The notes below the pieces were generated by a model. The model had not been told where the DNA came from. It made no database searches and saw only the letters and a list, made by a program, of their open reading frames with translations. From Candidatus Hydrogenedentota bacterium (GTDB lineage Bacteria; Hydrogenedentota; Hydrogenedentia; Hydrogenedentales; SLHB01), in contig CAXXTH010000018.1 in the NCBI GenBank assembly GCA_963668025.2, forward strand, positions 416,001-480,000: a DNA stretch of 64,000 bases. The letters are read 5' to 3'. A program made the translations under genes and the position numbers. This document shows positions 1 to 9,463 of this stretch, in pieces. Each line of letters begins with the position of its first letter. The first letter of the stretch is position 1.

Positions 1-2583
1 GAAAGAAATCTTTGCACGCAGCGAAGCAATTTCACTCACCTGCACATTAGAAAGTGTGGCGGGCACACAATCAACCGTGGCTGTCGCCTGGACGGAGGCG
101 GCTGAGCCATCGCCCGTGTCCTCATCCTCGTAAGTGGCGGTTATCGTATCGCCATCGGCCACCTGGAGCATGCCATCCTGCGCTTGCGGCACATCGGAAG
201 ACGTGTTCAATTCATAAAAAAGAATACCCGTATCCGTACCCGACTCCACACAGGTGGCCGCCTCGGAATCGCCGGAAGAGCTCACCACTCTCGCTTGCTG
301 CGTGCCCGCGCCGCGCAAATCGCTATCGCTCACCGAAACGCTCAAAGAGCCTGAACAAGATACATAAGAAGGTAATATATTGATACTGCCTTTGGAGGAT
401 TGTACATTATTGTTCCAGACAAACAGGGCGAAATCTTGGTCTAGCGCTTCGCCCTCATTTGGAACGCCATCCCCAGCGATATTATGGGCCGTAACGGTGA
501 TAGTATAAATTCCAGATGGATTCGGCACATAAACCGCCTCAATAGTATTCAGCCGGTCCGCCGCCCCACCCGTTGCGGACAGGCCGCTCTCGAAATGATT
601 GCCAAGATACGTGGTGGAATCCTGGGTGACGGTCAAATCGAGGTCATTGACAATAGCGGGATTCGCAAGAGGCGACGCCGGGGCGTCTGTCCATACAAGC
701 GTAATTTTCAATGGTTTCGAGGAATCGGCGGCGGACACGGTCTGCGACCAGGATTGCCCCGAGGCCGTGAACACCTCCGTCTGGTCCAAGGTGAAAAGCG
801 ATTCCTTCATCTCGACCAAGTTGGACAGATTCACGCTGCCCCAGCCTTGCTGCGCATTCGGAATGCTTGCCAGCGTGCCGGAAGCGCCATCGCTTCCGCC
901 TTTCATGTCCTGGGCTGTATTAGCGAGAGCCGCCTTGATCATCGCCGGGCTTGGGCTGGCCGTATGGCCTAATGGAGCCAATTGCGTCGAGAAAAATTCA
1001 TGTACGATAAGCCCCGCGCCGCAGGCCGTGGGACACGAATGGCTCGTGCCCGACGACCGGGCGTACATGGTTTGATCGGCAGGCCAATATTTGTCGGATA
1101 CGCCGTCGCCAGCGTAATTGGGAGATGTGGACGCAGGCCCAGAGACGTGGGTGCCCACCGCTACGACTGTCACGCCCAAACGGCCGTCTTCCGCCGGGCC
1201 GCGGCTCGAAAAATAGATCAAATCCTTAATATTGTCCGCGCCTGAAGGGCCGATGCCTGACTGATCCGTATTGGTTGAGGCATCCGTATACGTGAGCCCG
1301 TCACTGTTCTCGCCCGCACCCACGGCGATCACGTTCTTGGCCGAAGCAGGCGAACCCAGCGTGCCGCTGTTTGAACCGGAATTTCCCGCCGAGAAGAAAT
1401 AGGTCATTTGCTGGTTGCCCGCTTCCGAGGAATCGGCATCGCGCGTAAGGGCGTCGAACTCCGCTGAATCAGAGGTATATTGGCCACTCACGGAAGCGCC
1501 CCACGAATTACTCGAGAAAATGGCTCCGGCGTCTTGGGCGTGCTTGGCAAGCTGGGCTGTCGACTCATCACCCGTATCCCATGAACCCGCATTAGTAAAA
1601 AGTTTCGTGGCGAACACGGAGGCCAGCGGGGCCAAGCCTTGGCCAAAATGATACCCATCCAGATCGGTTAAGCCAGCCGTGGCGTTGCCTATGATGATGC
1701 CCGCATTGATCTGGCCATGGCCTGCCGTGGAATCGCCCAAGGCGTCGCTGGTCGCGTTATAAATGCCCGCGATGCGCCCGAGGATATCCGGGTGGGCCGT
1801 ACCGGGTTCATTGGTGGCGATGCCTTGATCCAATCCGTCATCTTGCACCTGGACGATGACGCCCGGCGCGCCGCTCAGGCCATGGCTCGCCAGCCAAGCC
1901 GTATATCCTGGCCCCGTGGGCGCCGCCGCGCCTTCTATATAATTTCCCGCCGCTGTTTGTGCGGCGCGTTCGCCATGGAGCTGGAATTTCGACTGTTTCT
2001 CGATATAGAACACGCCCGGCAGCGTGGCGATCTCCTCGAGCGCCGCCAATGGAAGCTCCGCCCGTGTTTCATACCATCCGATGGTGGAGAGGCGCGTGGA
2101 CGTCAGCGTGTACCCTTTCGCACGGATATATTTCTGCGCCGATTCATCCGTGTCGAGGATGGTCACCGCCACCATAGCCTTCGCCAGGGTAAGCTTGCCC
2201 AGTTCAGGCCGGATTTTCATCGATGCGGGCAATTCGCCCACCCACGCCACGCCCGGCGACGCTTTTATAGCATCCATCCTTTTAGTTGGGATTGTGGCAA
2301 TATAAGCGAAATCCGGCACATAATGATGCAACGCCACACCCGCCGAGCGGCACGCATTCACCCATTCCGGCTGGATAGGGCCTTCGAATTGAATGAGAAG
2401 CGTGGAAGCCACATCCGCTTTGGTTGCGGATTGGGTGGCGGCTGGCGCGGACGATGTGTCAATCGTGCCACTCATCAAGCGGATTTCACCGCCCCAAGCG
2501 CTGCTCCCCCATGCCAATGCCATCACTAAACACGCGGCAAATAAAGCTTCTGCGCGTGACTTGCGTACATTTCGACGTAACAT
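1..2583 (-). CDS. Secreted S8 (subtilisin-like) serine protease, 3' end beyond the left edge
   Basis: Absent from the ORF track because there is no stop in the window. Read manually from ATG at 2583 (GGAG RBS upstream): signal peptide MLRRNVRKSRAEALFAACLVMALAWGSSAWG, Asp motif VQVQDDGLD, His motif AGHGQINAG, oxyanion motif FSAGNSG, Ser motif SGTSHSCP (Ser codon 1042-1044), then beta-rich C-terminal domains. Confidence 0.88.
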   Translation of the reverse strand, partial: MLRRNVRKSRAEALFAACLVMALAWGSSAWGGEIRLMSGTIDTSSAPAATQSATKADVASTLLIQFEGPIQPEWVNACRSAGVALHHYVPDFAYIATIPTKRMDAIKASPGVAWVGELPASMKIRPELGKLTLAKAMVAVTILDTDESAQKYIRAKGYTLTSTRLSTIGWYETRAELPLAALEEIATLPGVFYIEKQSKFQLHGERAAQTAAGNYIEGAAAPTGPGYTAWLASHGLSGAPGVIVQVQDDGLDQGIATNEPGTAHPDILGRIAGIYNATSDALGDSTAGHGQINAGIIIGNATAGLTDLDGYHFGQGLAPLASVFATKLFTNAGSWDTGDESTAQLAKHAQDAGAIFSSNSWGASVSGQYTSDSAEFDALTRDADSSEAGNQQMTYFFSAGNSGSNSGTLGSPASAKNVIAVGAGENSDGLTYTDASTNTDQSGIGPSGADNIKDLIYFSSRGPAEDGRLGVTVVAVGTHVSGPASTSPNYAGDGVSDKYWPADQTMYARSSGTSHSCPTACGAGLIVHEFFSTQLAPLGHTASPSPAMIKAALANTAQDMKGGSDGASGTLASIPNAQQGWGSVNLSNLVEMKESLFTLDQTEVFTASGQSWSQTVSAADSSKPLKITLVWTDAPASPLANPAIVNDLDLTVTQDSTTYLGNHFESGLSATGGAADRLNTIEAVYVPNPSGIYTITVTAHNIAGDGVPNEGEALDQDFALFVWNNNVQSSKGSINILPSYVSCSGSLSVSVSDSDLRGAGTQQARVVSSSGDSEAATCVESGTDTGILFYELNTSSDVPQAQDGMLQVADGDTITATYEDEDTGDGSAASVQATATVDCVPATLSNVQVSEIASLRAKISF

Positions 2584-2878
2584 GGGCGAACCTCTCCACT
2601 CTTTCTGCGTTTATTTGTCTCCCAAAACGCCCTGAACAAGGACGCATGGCATACAAAGCAGGAAAAAACAGCACTTTCCCTCACGCTGGATTATACCATG
2701 TACAGAATAGTTTTGGCTTCGACTGGAGGGAAATGACTCGCTATGCAGGAGTACTTTTAGTATATTACGTACTAATATCAGTCAAAACATTATTTTATTG
2801 CAAGGATTTTCTGTGTAAACCAATATACATTAACCGGTTAGGTCCTACGGATTTTGCATGGAATTCTGGTGGATTTAT

Positions 2879-4586
2879 CCGTTGAACCTAAAAAAGGCAG
2901 TAGGAACTTGCTTTGGGATTTTTCCAGCCCAATTTTGTAAAGAAATAACTGTCCTGTCCCGCTCTTTACGTTGGCGCCGGCAGCAGGTTGGGGGTGGCCA
3001 GCGGCCTTCCCTCGAGTATTTTGGCGAAGATCCGGCTGAGGATCGTCCGCCATCGTTCGTTCCAGTTCAACTGCCGCGCAGTTGCTTTCATCTCCAATAA
3101 AAAGGCGTTTACGGATTTCAGAACTTGTTCCATAGCATGTCCTTGCGCATGCACGGGGGTGATGGTGAGCGTGGTTTGGCCTCCGTGGCGGGTCTGCTGT
3201 CCCACGCCGTAGAGCAGCAGAGGGCGGCTCGTGATCGCTTCGGCGTGGCGCTCCGGAATCGCCAAGCGCACGTACAAAGACCACCAATTGTAAATCAGGG
3301 CTATGATTCGCGCCATGATTTGGCAGCGCTTCATATCGTGGGTGGTATACCCGCCCCACCCCCACTGGTTTTTCTGTTCATCGTAGATGTTTTCCGCATC
3401 GCCCCGGTCGCGATAATGCTGGGCCAAGGCCGATAGGGGGTCTGTCAGCGAAGTGGCCAGCAGCGCGTATTCATACTGCTGCACGGCTCCCGCTTGGATC
3501 TCGATGAGCTGTAGTTGGGGGGAGGGGTCAGGCAATAGCGGCTCCGTTTCCAGAACGATACTCCCTTTGAGCTTGCGCCGCAGAACGATTACCCGGCGTT
3601 TGCTCGTCCATCCCATAAGCTCCAGACGGTCTTCCAAACCTTCCCAGCCTTGGCCTGCTGGCGTCCAGTCCTTAGAACAAAAGGCCTGCTGGATAAGCCG
3701 TTTCACGTTGCTGGTCTGCCGCAATTTGAACAGATAGGGCACTCCGCGCGCTTCGGCTTCGCTCATGTCGCGTTCGTTGCCGAAGGCGCAGTCGCCGCGA
3801 ATCATGCCCGGCCAGGCCGCGCGCGGCAAGCCATCGAGAAAATGCCACAATCCAGGCATGGTGTATTTCGCCGCCGTCTCGTTGCCCGGCCGGACTTCCA
3901 CGTCCAGCACCAAGCGCGTGTTCGCCATAAAATAGGTATGCAGCACATGAGAAGGACGGCCCTGTTTCGCCGGATTGTAGCCCAGCACGGCCCCTTCTTG
4001 ATGGCCGAACAGGGGCTTCACGCTTGTATCCACGTCCAAAATCCAAGGCTCATAAAGCAACGGCTCATAACAGCGGCGCAGGTGCTTCTGTAGCCAGCCC
4101 GCGCAGGCTTCCCCGTCCGCCAGTATAAATGCCCGCCGCGACCGAGGAGGCGCTCATGATCTTGCTCATACCCAGCAAGCCCGGGTTCACCGCGTCGTAA
4201 CGGACCGCGTCAATGTGCGCATAGCGGGTGTGGCCCGCCAGCACTGATAAAAATAGCGTGCCCAGCACATCCCTCTTGCGCGGCGCATTATTGCTGGCGT
4301 ACGCCAGCGGACAGTCCTCCACCCACGCTTCAAAAAGCTCCGCCGTCTTGAGGAAATCGATAAAGAACGCCAACTGGCCAAACGGCGTCGTTGCCGCCTC
4401 CCGGTCCCATTCCACATGCACCCGGCCCCCGTAGCTATCTACGAAAATCGGCGCCTCCAAAGACAACCATTCCTCCTCTCCCAATGGGGGAGCATCTTGC
4501 TGTTGCGATTCTGTTTCCATGTTCATTATCTTGAACTACTTCCAGCTCGACACTCAAGATTCAACTGGCGTTTTTAGGTTGAACGG
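2879..4586 (-). mobile_element. IS1380-family insertion sequence (~1.7 kb)
   Basis: Terminal inverted repeats CCGTTGAACCTAAAAAAGGCAGT (2879-2901) and revcomp CCGTTCAACCTAAAAACGCCAGT (4564-4586) match 20/23 and begin with CC, as in IS1380. They enclose a DDE transposase. No clear target-site duplication. Confidence 0.8.
2966..4526 (-). pseudogene. IS1380-family DDE transposase, split by a single-base frameshift near 4140
   Basis: ORFs 4065-4526 and 2966-4060 join if one base is removed at ...SASSV/RRAFILADGEACAGWLQKHLRRCYEPLLYEPWILDVD. DDE motifs LDVDTS, RGDCAF and YRDRGDAENIYDEQK are present. Confidence 0.8.
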
Positions 4587-4606
4587 TGGGGCAAGCCCCA
4601 CCCTAC
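4585..4606 (-). repeat. GTAG-type REP-like palindrome
   Basis: Revcomp reads GTAG-GGTGGGGC-TT-GCCCCACC: a GTAG tetranucleotide plus a perfect 8-bp stem, abutting the IS right end. Confidence 0.5.
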
Positions 4607-4818
4607 TTCTCGAAATTTTAGTGTATTTAGTGTATTTAGTGGTCTCGAAATCCGGTTCTTTGGTTGCAGCCATGCCGCGTTGCGAATTTCGTGGCCAGAA
4701 TAGGCTTCCCGTTATTCCGCGTCATCGGAATCATGGGGGCGCATGGAGCAGCCTTCCGAACGGAGGCAATGGCCGCATTCATGGCGGGGCAGATCACAGG
4801 AATCAGGGTTTGCCGTTC

Positions 4819-4842
4819 TGGAGCGCCTTGCAAGGCGCTCCA
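4819..4842. terminator. Perfect 24-bp palindrome downstream of rnfA (terminator or REP-like)
   Basis: TGGAGCGCCTTG|CAAGGCGCTCCA lies 70 bp past the rnfA stop. No U-tract. Confidence 0.35.
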
Positions 4843-4911
4843 CAAGCACCCATCCGCATGCCAGGAAGAATATCACTCCCGACACGGATAGAATAGTCAA
4901 CAGTAAAGCCA

Positions 4912-5490
4912 TCAATTTCCTATGCCGGCGAAACCCATGAACGCCAGTGACAAGATGCCCGCGATCATGAGCGACAAAGCCGTGCCTTTGACTAAACCGG
5001 GCAGATCAGCGAGATTCAACGCCTCGCGGATGCCCGACATAATCGTGAGCGCCAAGGTGAATCCCGCGCCCACACCGAACGAATACACCAAGCATTCGAC
5101 GAAATTATATCCCTTCTGGGTTTGAAAAAGCGCTAAGCCCAGGATAGCGCAATTGGTAGTGATCAGCGGCAGGAAGATGCCCAGCGCTCGGAACAAGGCT
5201 GGGCTAAACCGCTTGATGAACATCTCAACGAGCTGCACGGCGGACGCAATGACGGTGATGTAGCATATAAGCTGCAAATAATCGGCATTGAAATAGTGGA
5301 GCACCACATTGATGCCATAGGCGCACATCGAGCTGACGAGGCAAACAAAGGTGACGGAAAGCCCCATGCGGGTGGCCGTCTCGATCTTGCCGGAAACGCC
5401 TAAAAATGGGCAGATACCCAGAAACATGCTCAATACGAAATTATCCACTAAGCATGCTTTCAAGAAAATCGTGGGCAGCGATTGTTCCAT
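4912..5490 (-). CDS. rnfA: Rnf complex subunit A
   Basis: NFVLSMFLGICPFLGVS and LGIFLPLITTNCAILG motifs; 192 aa, multi-TM; start overlaps the rnfE stop (TAATG). Confidence 0.93.
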   Translation of the reverse strand: MEQSLPTIFLKACLVDNFVLSMFLGICPFLGVSGKIETATRMGLSVTFVCLVSSMCAYGINVVLHYFNADYLQLICYITVIASAVQLVEMFIKRFSPALFRALGIFLPLITTNCAILGLALFQTQKGYNFVECLVYSFGVGAGFTLALTIMSGIREALNLADLPGLVKGTALSLMIAGILSLAFMGFAGIGN

Positions 5491-6140
5491 TACGCGGCCT
5501 CCCCCTGCATGGCGCGTTGTTTGGCGCGCTCTTTAAACCTAGTTTTTGCTCTATTGATAATCAGCAGCCAGCACGCCAAGGTGAGGAATCCGCCCGGCGG
5601 CAGCACAAAGATGGACCATGTCTCGAAATGGCTGCCCATAATCGGATAACCCAGCAATGTTCCGAAGCCGATAATCTCGCGCACGACGCCAAGGCAGCAT
5701 AACGCAAGCATGAACCCCAAGCCCATGCCCAAGGCGTCAAGGGCGGAAAGAATCACGCCATTCTTCGATGCATAAGCTTCGGCGCGGCCGAGGATAATGC
5801 AGTTCACCACAATGAGCGGAATGAACGCGCCCAGCTTCTTATATACATCCAAATCTATCGCCTGGATCAAATAATCCACCATAGTGACAAAAGTGGCGAT
5901 GATCACAATAAAGGTGGCGATACGCACTTGCTTGGGAACAAATTTGCGCGTCATGCTGACTAGAACGCATGACGCCACCAACACGAACGTGGCGGCGGCA
6001 CCCATGTACAAGGAATTCTTGAGCGTATTGGACACGGCCATGGTCGGGCACATGCCCAATACGATGACAAAGATTGGATTCTCTTTCCAAATCCCGCGCA
6101 ACAATGCTTCCATTGGCGTTTCTTGCTGTTTCTCTAGCAT
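5490..6140 (-). CDS. rnfE: Rnf complex subunit E
   Basis: GIWKENP...LGMCPTMAVS and FIPLIVVNCIILGRAEAYASKN motifs. Start at ATG 6140 overlaps the rnfG stop (TGATG). Confidence 0.93.
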   Translation of the reverse strand: MLEKQQETPMEALLRGIWKENPIFVIVLGMCPTMAVSNTLKNSLYMGAAATFVLVASCVLVSMTRKFVPKQVRIATFIVIIATFVTMVDYLIQAIDLDVYKKLGAFIPLIVVNCIILGRAEAYASKNGVILSALDALGMGLGFMLALCCLGVVREIIGFGTLLGYPIMGSHFETWSIFVLPPGGFLTLACWLLIINRAKTRFKERAKQRAMQGEAA

Positions 6141-6832
6141 CAATTCGCCCTCTTCAACTGATCCAAGTGTTTCTTGATCTTCGGAGCCATATCCGTGCAA
6201 TTGGTGTTCAATGCATCTGTCACCGCACGGGAAGATACAGTAGCCCCCGATATGCCATCTATTTCCCAGGGCTTAGTCTTCGTGCCATTTTTCACCAGTA
6301 CTATTGGATTGGCAAGACCATCTTGCTCCGCGTTCACATGCATGTCCAGCGCCTTAAAATTCTCCAAGAATTGCGGATCGGAATTGATGCGGTCGCCCAA
6401 GCCAGGCGTCTCCAAGCTTTGCAATACTGTAAACCCCACCACGGCATCCTTATCCGGGGCATATCCGCACATGACTCGCACTTGTCCAGAATATCCCCGC
6501 ATGGAAGACGCTTCAAACGCCACGCCCAACAGATTCCCTTGAGCATCATATCCCGCATACACCACGGTGGCCTGCGGCGAGGGGTTGCTCCCCACCTTGC
6601 GGAATCCACTTCCGTCCCACTCGAACGCCTCTTGGGAGGCGATACCGGGCAGCACTTGAAATACGGCCTTTTCCTTGGCTTCTCTCTGATTCATTTCAAT
6701 CCGCGCCTTGGTCGCACCGACCGTGAGCACGATCAATATGCCCGAGATAATGGACACGCCCGCCAAGGTCGCGATCATGTGGAGGCTGCTCGCCTCTTCT
6801 TTAGCCGGATGATTGTTTTCTGGCTTGCTCAT
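6140..6832 (-). CDS. rnfG: Rnf complex subunit G (FMN-binding)
   Basis: N-terminal TM helix, GYSG, ETPGLG, and the covalent-FMN motif IDGISGATVSS. Confidence 0.92.
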   Translation of the reverse strand: MSKPENNHPAKEEASSLHMIATLAGVSIISGILIVLTVGATKARIEMNQREAKEKAVFQVLPGIASQEAFEWDGSGFRKVGSNPSPQATVVYAGYDAQGNLLGVAFEASSMRGYSGQVRVMCGYAPDKDAVVGFTVLQSLETPGLGDRINSDPQFLENFKALDMHVNAEQDGLANPIVLVKNGTKTKPWEIDGISGATVSSRAVTDALNTNCTDMAPKIKKHLDQLKRAN

Positions 6833-7908
6833 GCTTTCTTTTCCGCTTTCTTCGCGCCATAAATTTTCGGCTGCGTGAACATATTAAAGAAGGGCGTAAT
6901 GGCGTTTGCCAAGAGGATGGCGTACATGACGCCTTCCGGCAAGCCGCCAAAAAGCCGGATAATGACTGTCATACATCCCGCGAACGCGCCAAACGCCCAC
7001 ATACCGAGCGGCGTCGTCGGCGAGGTCACCATGTCCGTAGCCATGAAGACCGCACCCAGCACAAGGCCGCCCGAAAATAACATGAAGGTAGGCGACGGGT
7101 ATTGGCTGCTATCAATCAGCCAAAACAAGCCGCTTAACAGAAAGACGCTGCCGAGCATGGCCGTGGGAGTGCGCCAGTCCATCATCTTGCGCGCCACAAG
7201 ATACGCTCCGCACAGCAAGATAATCAGCGCACAGGTCTCGCCAGCGGAACCGGCGATATCGCCTAGGAAGAGTTGCCGGCCTTGAATGGCTTTATACGCG
7301 GGGGAGCCGAAATCGAATTTCATGATCGCTAGAGGCGTAGCGCCGGTCCATCCATCAATGCCTGCATTGGCCGAATAGGCCTTGACCGCATCCCATGCCG
7401 GTTTGAGAAAAGGCCATGTCAGCGTCGAGGGAATGCAACTGGTAAAACGTCCGGGAACGAACGCAGGGGTCCAGGTGGTGATGGCCACGGGAAACGCCGC
7501 CTGTAAGAAGGCCCTGCCCACGAGCGCGGGATTGAAGATATTGTGCCCCAGCCCGCCGAAGATGGCTTTGCCCAATAGCATCGCCGCCACTCCGCCAGCC
7601 GCGCCCATCCACATGGGGAAACAGGGAGGCAAGGTCAAGCCGAGAAGTATGCCGGTAATCACCGCGCTCCAATCGCGTACGGAATTGGCGCGGCCAGAAA
7701 ACCTGCACACCACATATTCGGTGAGAACACAGGCCGCGGTGGTCGCGAAAATAAGCAGCAGCGCGCTCATGCCGAAAGCATAAAAGGAAAATGCGCATAC
7801 CGGCAACAGCGCCAGCACCACGTTGCGCATGATCACTTCCGTGGTGACCGCGCTTCGTATATGGGGCGAGGTTCTGAGCTCGACCGCCGGATACTCGAGT
7901 ACCGCCAC
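6829..7908 (-). CDS. rnfD: Rnf complex subunit D
   Basis: SPHIR, FGGLGHNIFNPALVGRAFL, FMN site TGATPL, FMATDMVTSP and PEGVMYAILLAN motifs. Confidence 0.93.
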   Translation of the reverse strand: MAVLEYPAVELRTSPHIRSAVTTEVIMRNVVLALLPVCAFSFYAFGMSALLLIFATTAACVLTEYVVCRFSGRANSVRDWSAVITGILLGLTLPPCFPMWMGAAGGVAAMLLGKAIFGGLGHNIFNPALVGRAFLQAAFPVAITTWTPAFVPGRFTSCIPSTLTWPFLKPAWDAVKAYSANAGIDGWTGATPLAIMKFDFGSPAYKAIQGRQLFLGDIAGSAGETCALIILLCGAYLVARKMMDWRTPTAMLGSVFLLSGLFWLIDSSQYPSPTFMLFSGGLVLGAVFMATDMVTSPTTPLGMWAFGAFAGCMTVIIRLFGGLPEGVMYAILLANAITPFFNMFTQPKIYGAKKAEKKA

Positions 7909-7970
7909 TTGCTTAGCTCCTTGAAATCGTTACATCGGTTATAACGCACGGATGGCTCCGCGCGGATTTT

Positions 7971-9344
7971 CTACTTCTTTACCGCCCGGCGCTTGCGCAC
8001 CACCGCCTTGGCGATGCGGAAATGCTGTACGAGCGGAATGTTCGACGGGCAAATGAATGAACAGCATCCGCACTCGAAGCAGTCAAGCAGATGATACTGG
8101 TCCGCCATGATTTCATATTGGCTTTTACGCGCAAGGAGGCCCAATTGGGAGGGATTCAGCCGCATGGGGCATGCATCCACACACGACGCGCATTTGATGC
8201 AGGGGTATTGATGGATGCCATCCATCCGGCTCAAGTCCGCACCGCCCAGGCCGGAACGCCCCAGCACAAGCACGCCGGTAATCCCCTTCGTGATGGGTAT
8301 ATCTGGCGAACCGATGGACGCGCCCATCATGGGGCCGCCCAGTATGATTTCGGATTGTTCATCGCCCTCGTATTCGCAAAAATCGAGCACAAACCGCAAG
8401 GGCGTACCGAGTGGGATCATAAAATTGCCCGGCTTGCCGACACCTGGGCCCGTCACGGTCACGACGCGTTCGATAAGGCCTTGGCCCTTAGGCAGCAGCT
8501 CACCGAGCTGCGCCAGCGTGGCGACATTGAACACCGCCGCCCCGCAATCCACCGGCAGCCCGCCCGATGGCACTTCGCGCCCGAGCAGGGCTTTGATAAG
8601 CATTTTCTCCGCGCCCTGGGGATATTTGGTCTCGCAGGCCTCGACGCGGAACGGCTTGCCCGCAGGCAAATGCGCACGCAGGGCTTCGATAGCATCTAGC
8701 TTGTTCGACTCGACGCCCACGACGCCTTGGGACGCGCCCAATGCCTGAACGACGATATCGAGGCCTTTGAACACATCCGCTGGATATTCGAGCATGACCC
8801 GGTGGTCCGTGGTGAGATACGGCTCGCATTCGCAGCCATTGACCACCACGGCATCAACGGATTTACCTTCGGGAACCGCCAATTTCACATGGGATGGAAA
8901 CGCCGCACCGCCAAGGCCCACGACGCCTGTTGCTTGCACGGCGCGGATCAGTTCATCTTTGGAAAGCGATTGGATATCCACCTCGCGCCCATAAAGCACT
9001 TCCTGGCTGGACGCGGGATATGGCCGGATAAAAATGGCTGGAGACATGCCGCCGCGCATGTCACGCGCGAGCGCGATGCGCGAGACTACCCCCGTAGCCG
9101 GCGCATGCATGGGAACGGACACGAAGCCGCCCGCTTCAGCGATAGGTTCACCGCGCACGACTTCCTGTCCCGCGCGGACAATCGCTTTCGCTGGCGCACC
9201 CGTATGCTGCGACAAGGGGACGATCATCTCCGGAGGAAACGGCAGGCGGCGGATCGATTTGCCTTCCGTAAGTTCCTTATACTCCGGCGGATGCACCCCG
9301 TGTGGGAAAGTCTTCAACGAACGCCATGAGGACAGCAGAGTCAT
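7971..9344 (-). CDS. rnfC: Rnf complex subunit C (NAD/FMN, 2x[4Fe-4S])
   Basis: GVHPPEYK, GVVGLGGAAFPSHVK, NGCECEPYLTTD, KYPQGAEK, CIKCASCVDACP and CFECGCCSFICP motifs. Confidence 0.94.
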   Translation of the reverse strand: MTLLSSWRSLKTFPHGVHPPEYKELTEGKSIRRLPFPPEMIVPLSQHTGAPAKAIVRAGQEVVRGEPIAEAGGFVSVPMHAPATGVVSRIALARDMRGGMSPAIFIRPYPASSQEVLYGREVDIQSLSKDELIRAVQATGVVGLGGAAFPSHVKLAVPEGKSVDAVVVNGCECEPYLTTDHRVMLEYPADVFKGLDIVVQALGASQGVVGVESNKLDAIEALRAHLPAGKPFRVEACETKYPQGAEKMLIKALLGREVPSGGLPVDCGAAVFNVATLAQLGELLPKGQGLIERVVTVTGPGVGKPGNFMIPLGTPLRFVLDFCEYEGDEQSEIILGGPMMGASIGSPDIPITKGITGVLVLGRSGLGGADLSRMDGIHQYPCIKCASCVDACPMRLNPSQLGLLARKSQYEIMADQYHLLDCFECGCCSFICPSNIPLVQHFRIAKAVVRKRRAVKK

Positions 9345-9378
9345 ATTAGCCTCTTCATGTATCAGTAAAACTTAACGC

Positions 9379-9413
9379 GCCATAGAGGCCGCCCACTCCG
9401 CGGCCTCTATGGC
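9379..9413 (-). terminator. 14-bp stem-loop between PFOR and rnfC (attenuator or mRNA-stability hairpin)
   Basis: GCCATAGAGGCCGC-7nt-GCGGCCTCTATGGC, a perfect stem with only a weak U-tract. Confidence 0.5.
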
Positions 9414-9463
9414 TGTACCTTCAAATGTGGTCTGCTCTCAAACGGAATCGCCGTTTGTGCGTG

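Noticed and set aside
54-2529. Many plus-strand ORFs in the track (e.g. 1717-2529), and similar antisense ORFs across the window
   Set aside because: They are shadow ORFs of GC-rich genes on the opposite strand; here the minus frame carries a complete S8 catalytic triad.
4912-9344. Na+-NQR (nqr) assignment
   Set aside because: RnfC with two [4Fe-4S] motifs and a polyferredoxin RnfB are present, and there is no NqrF or NqrA.
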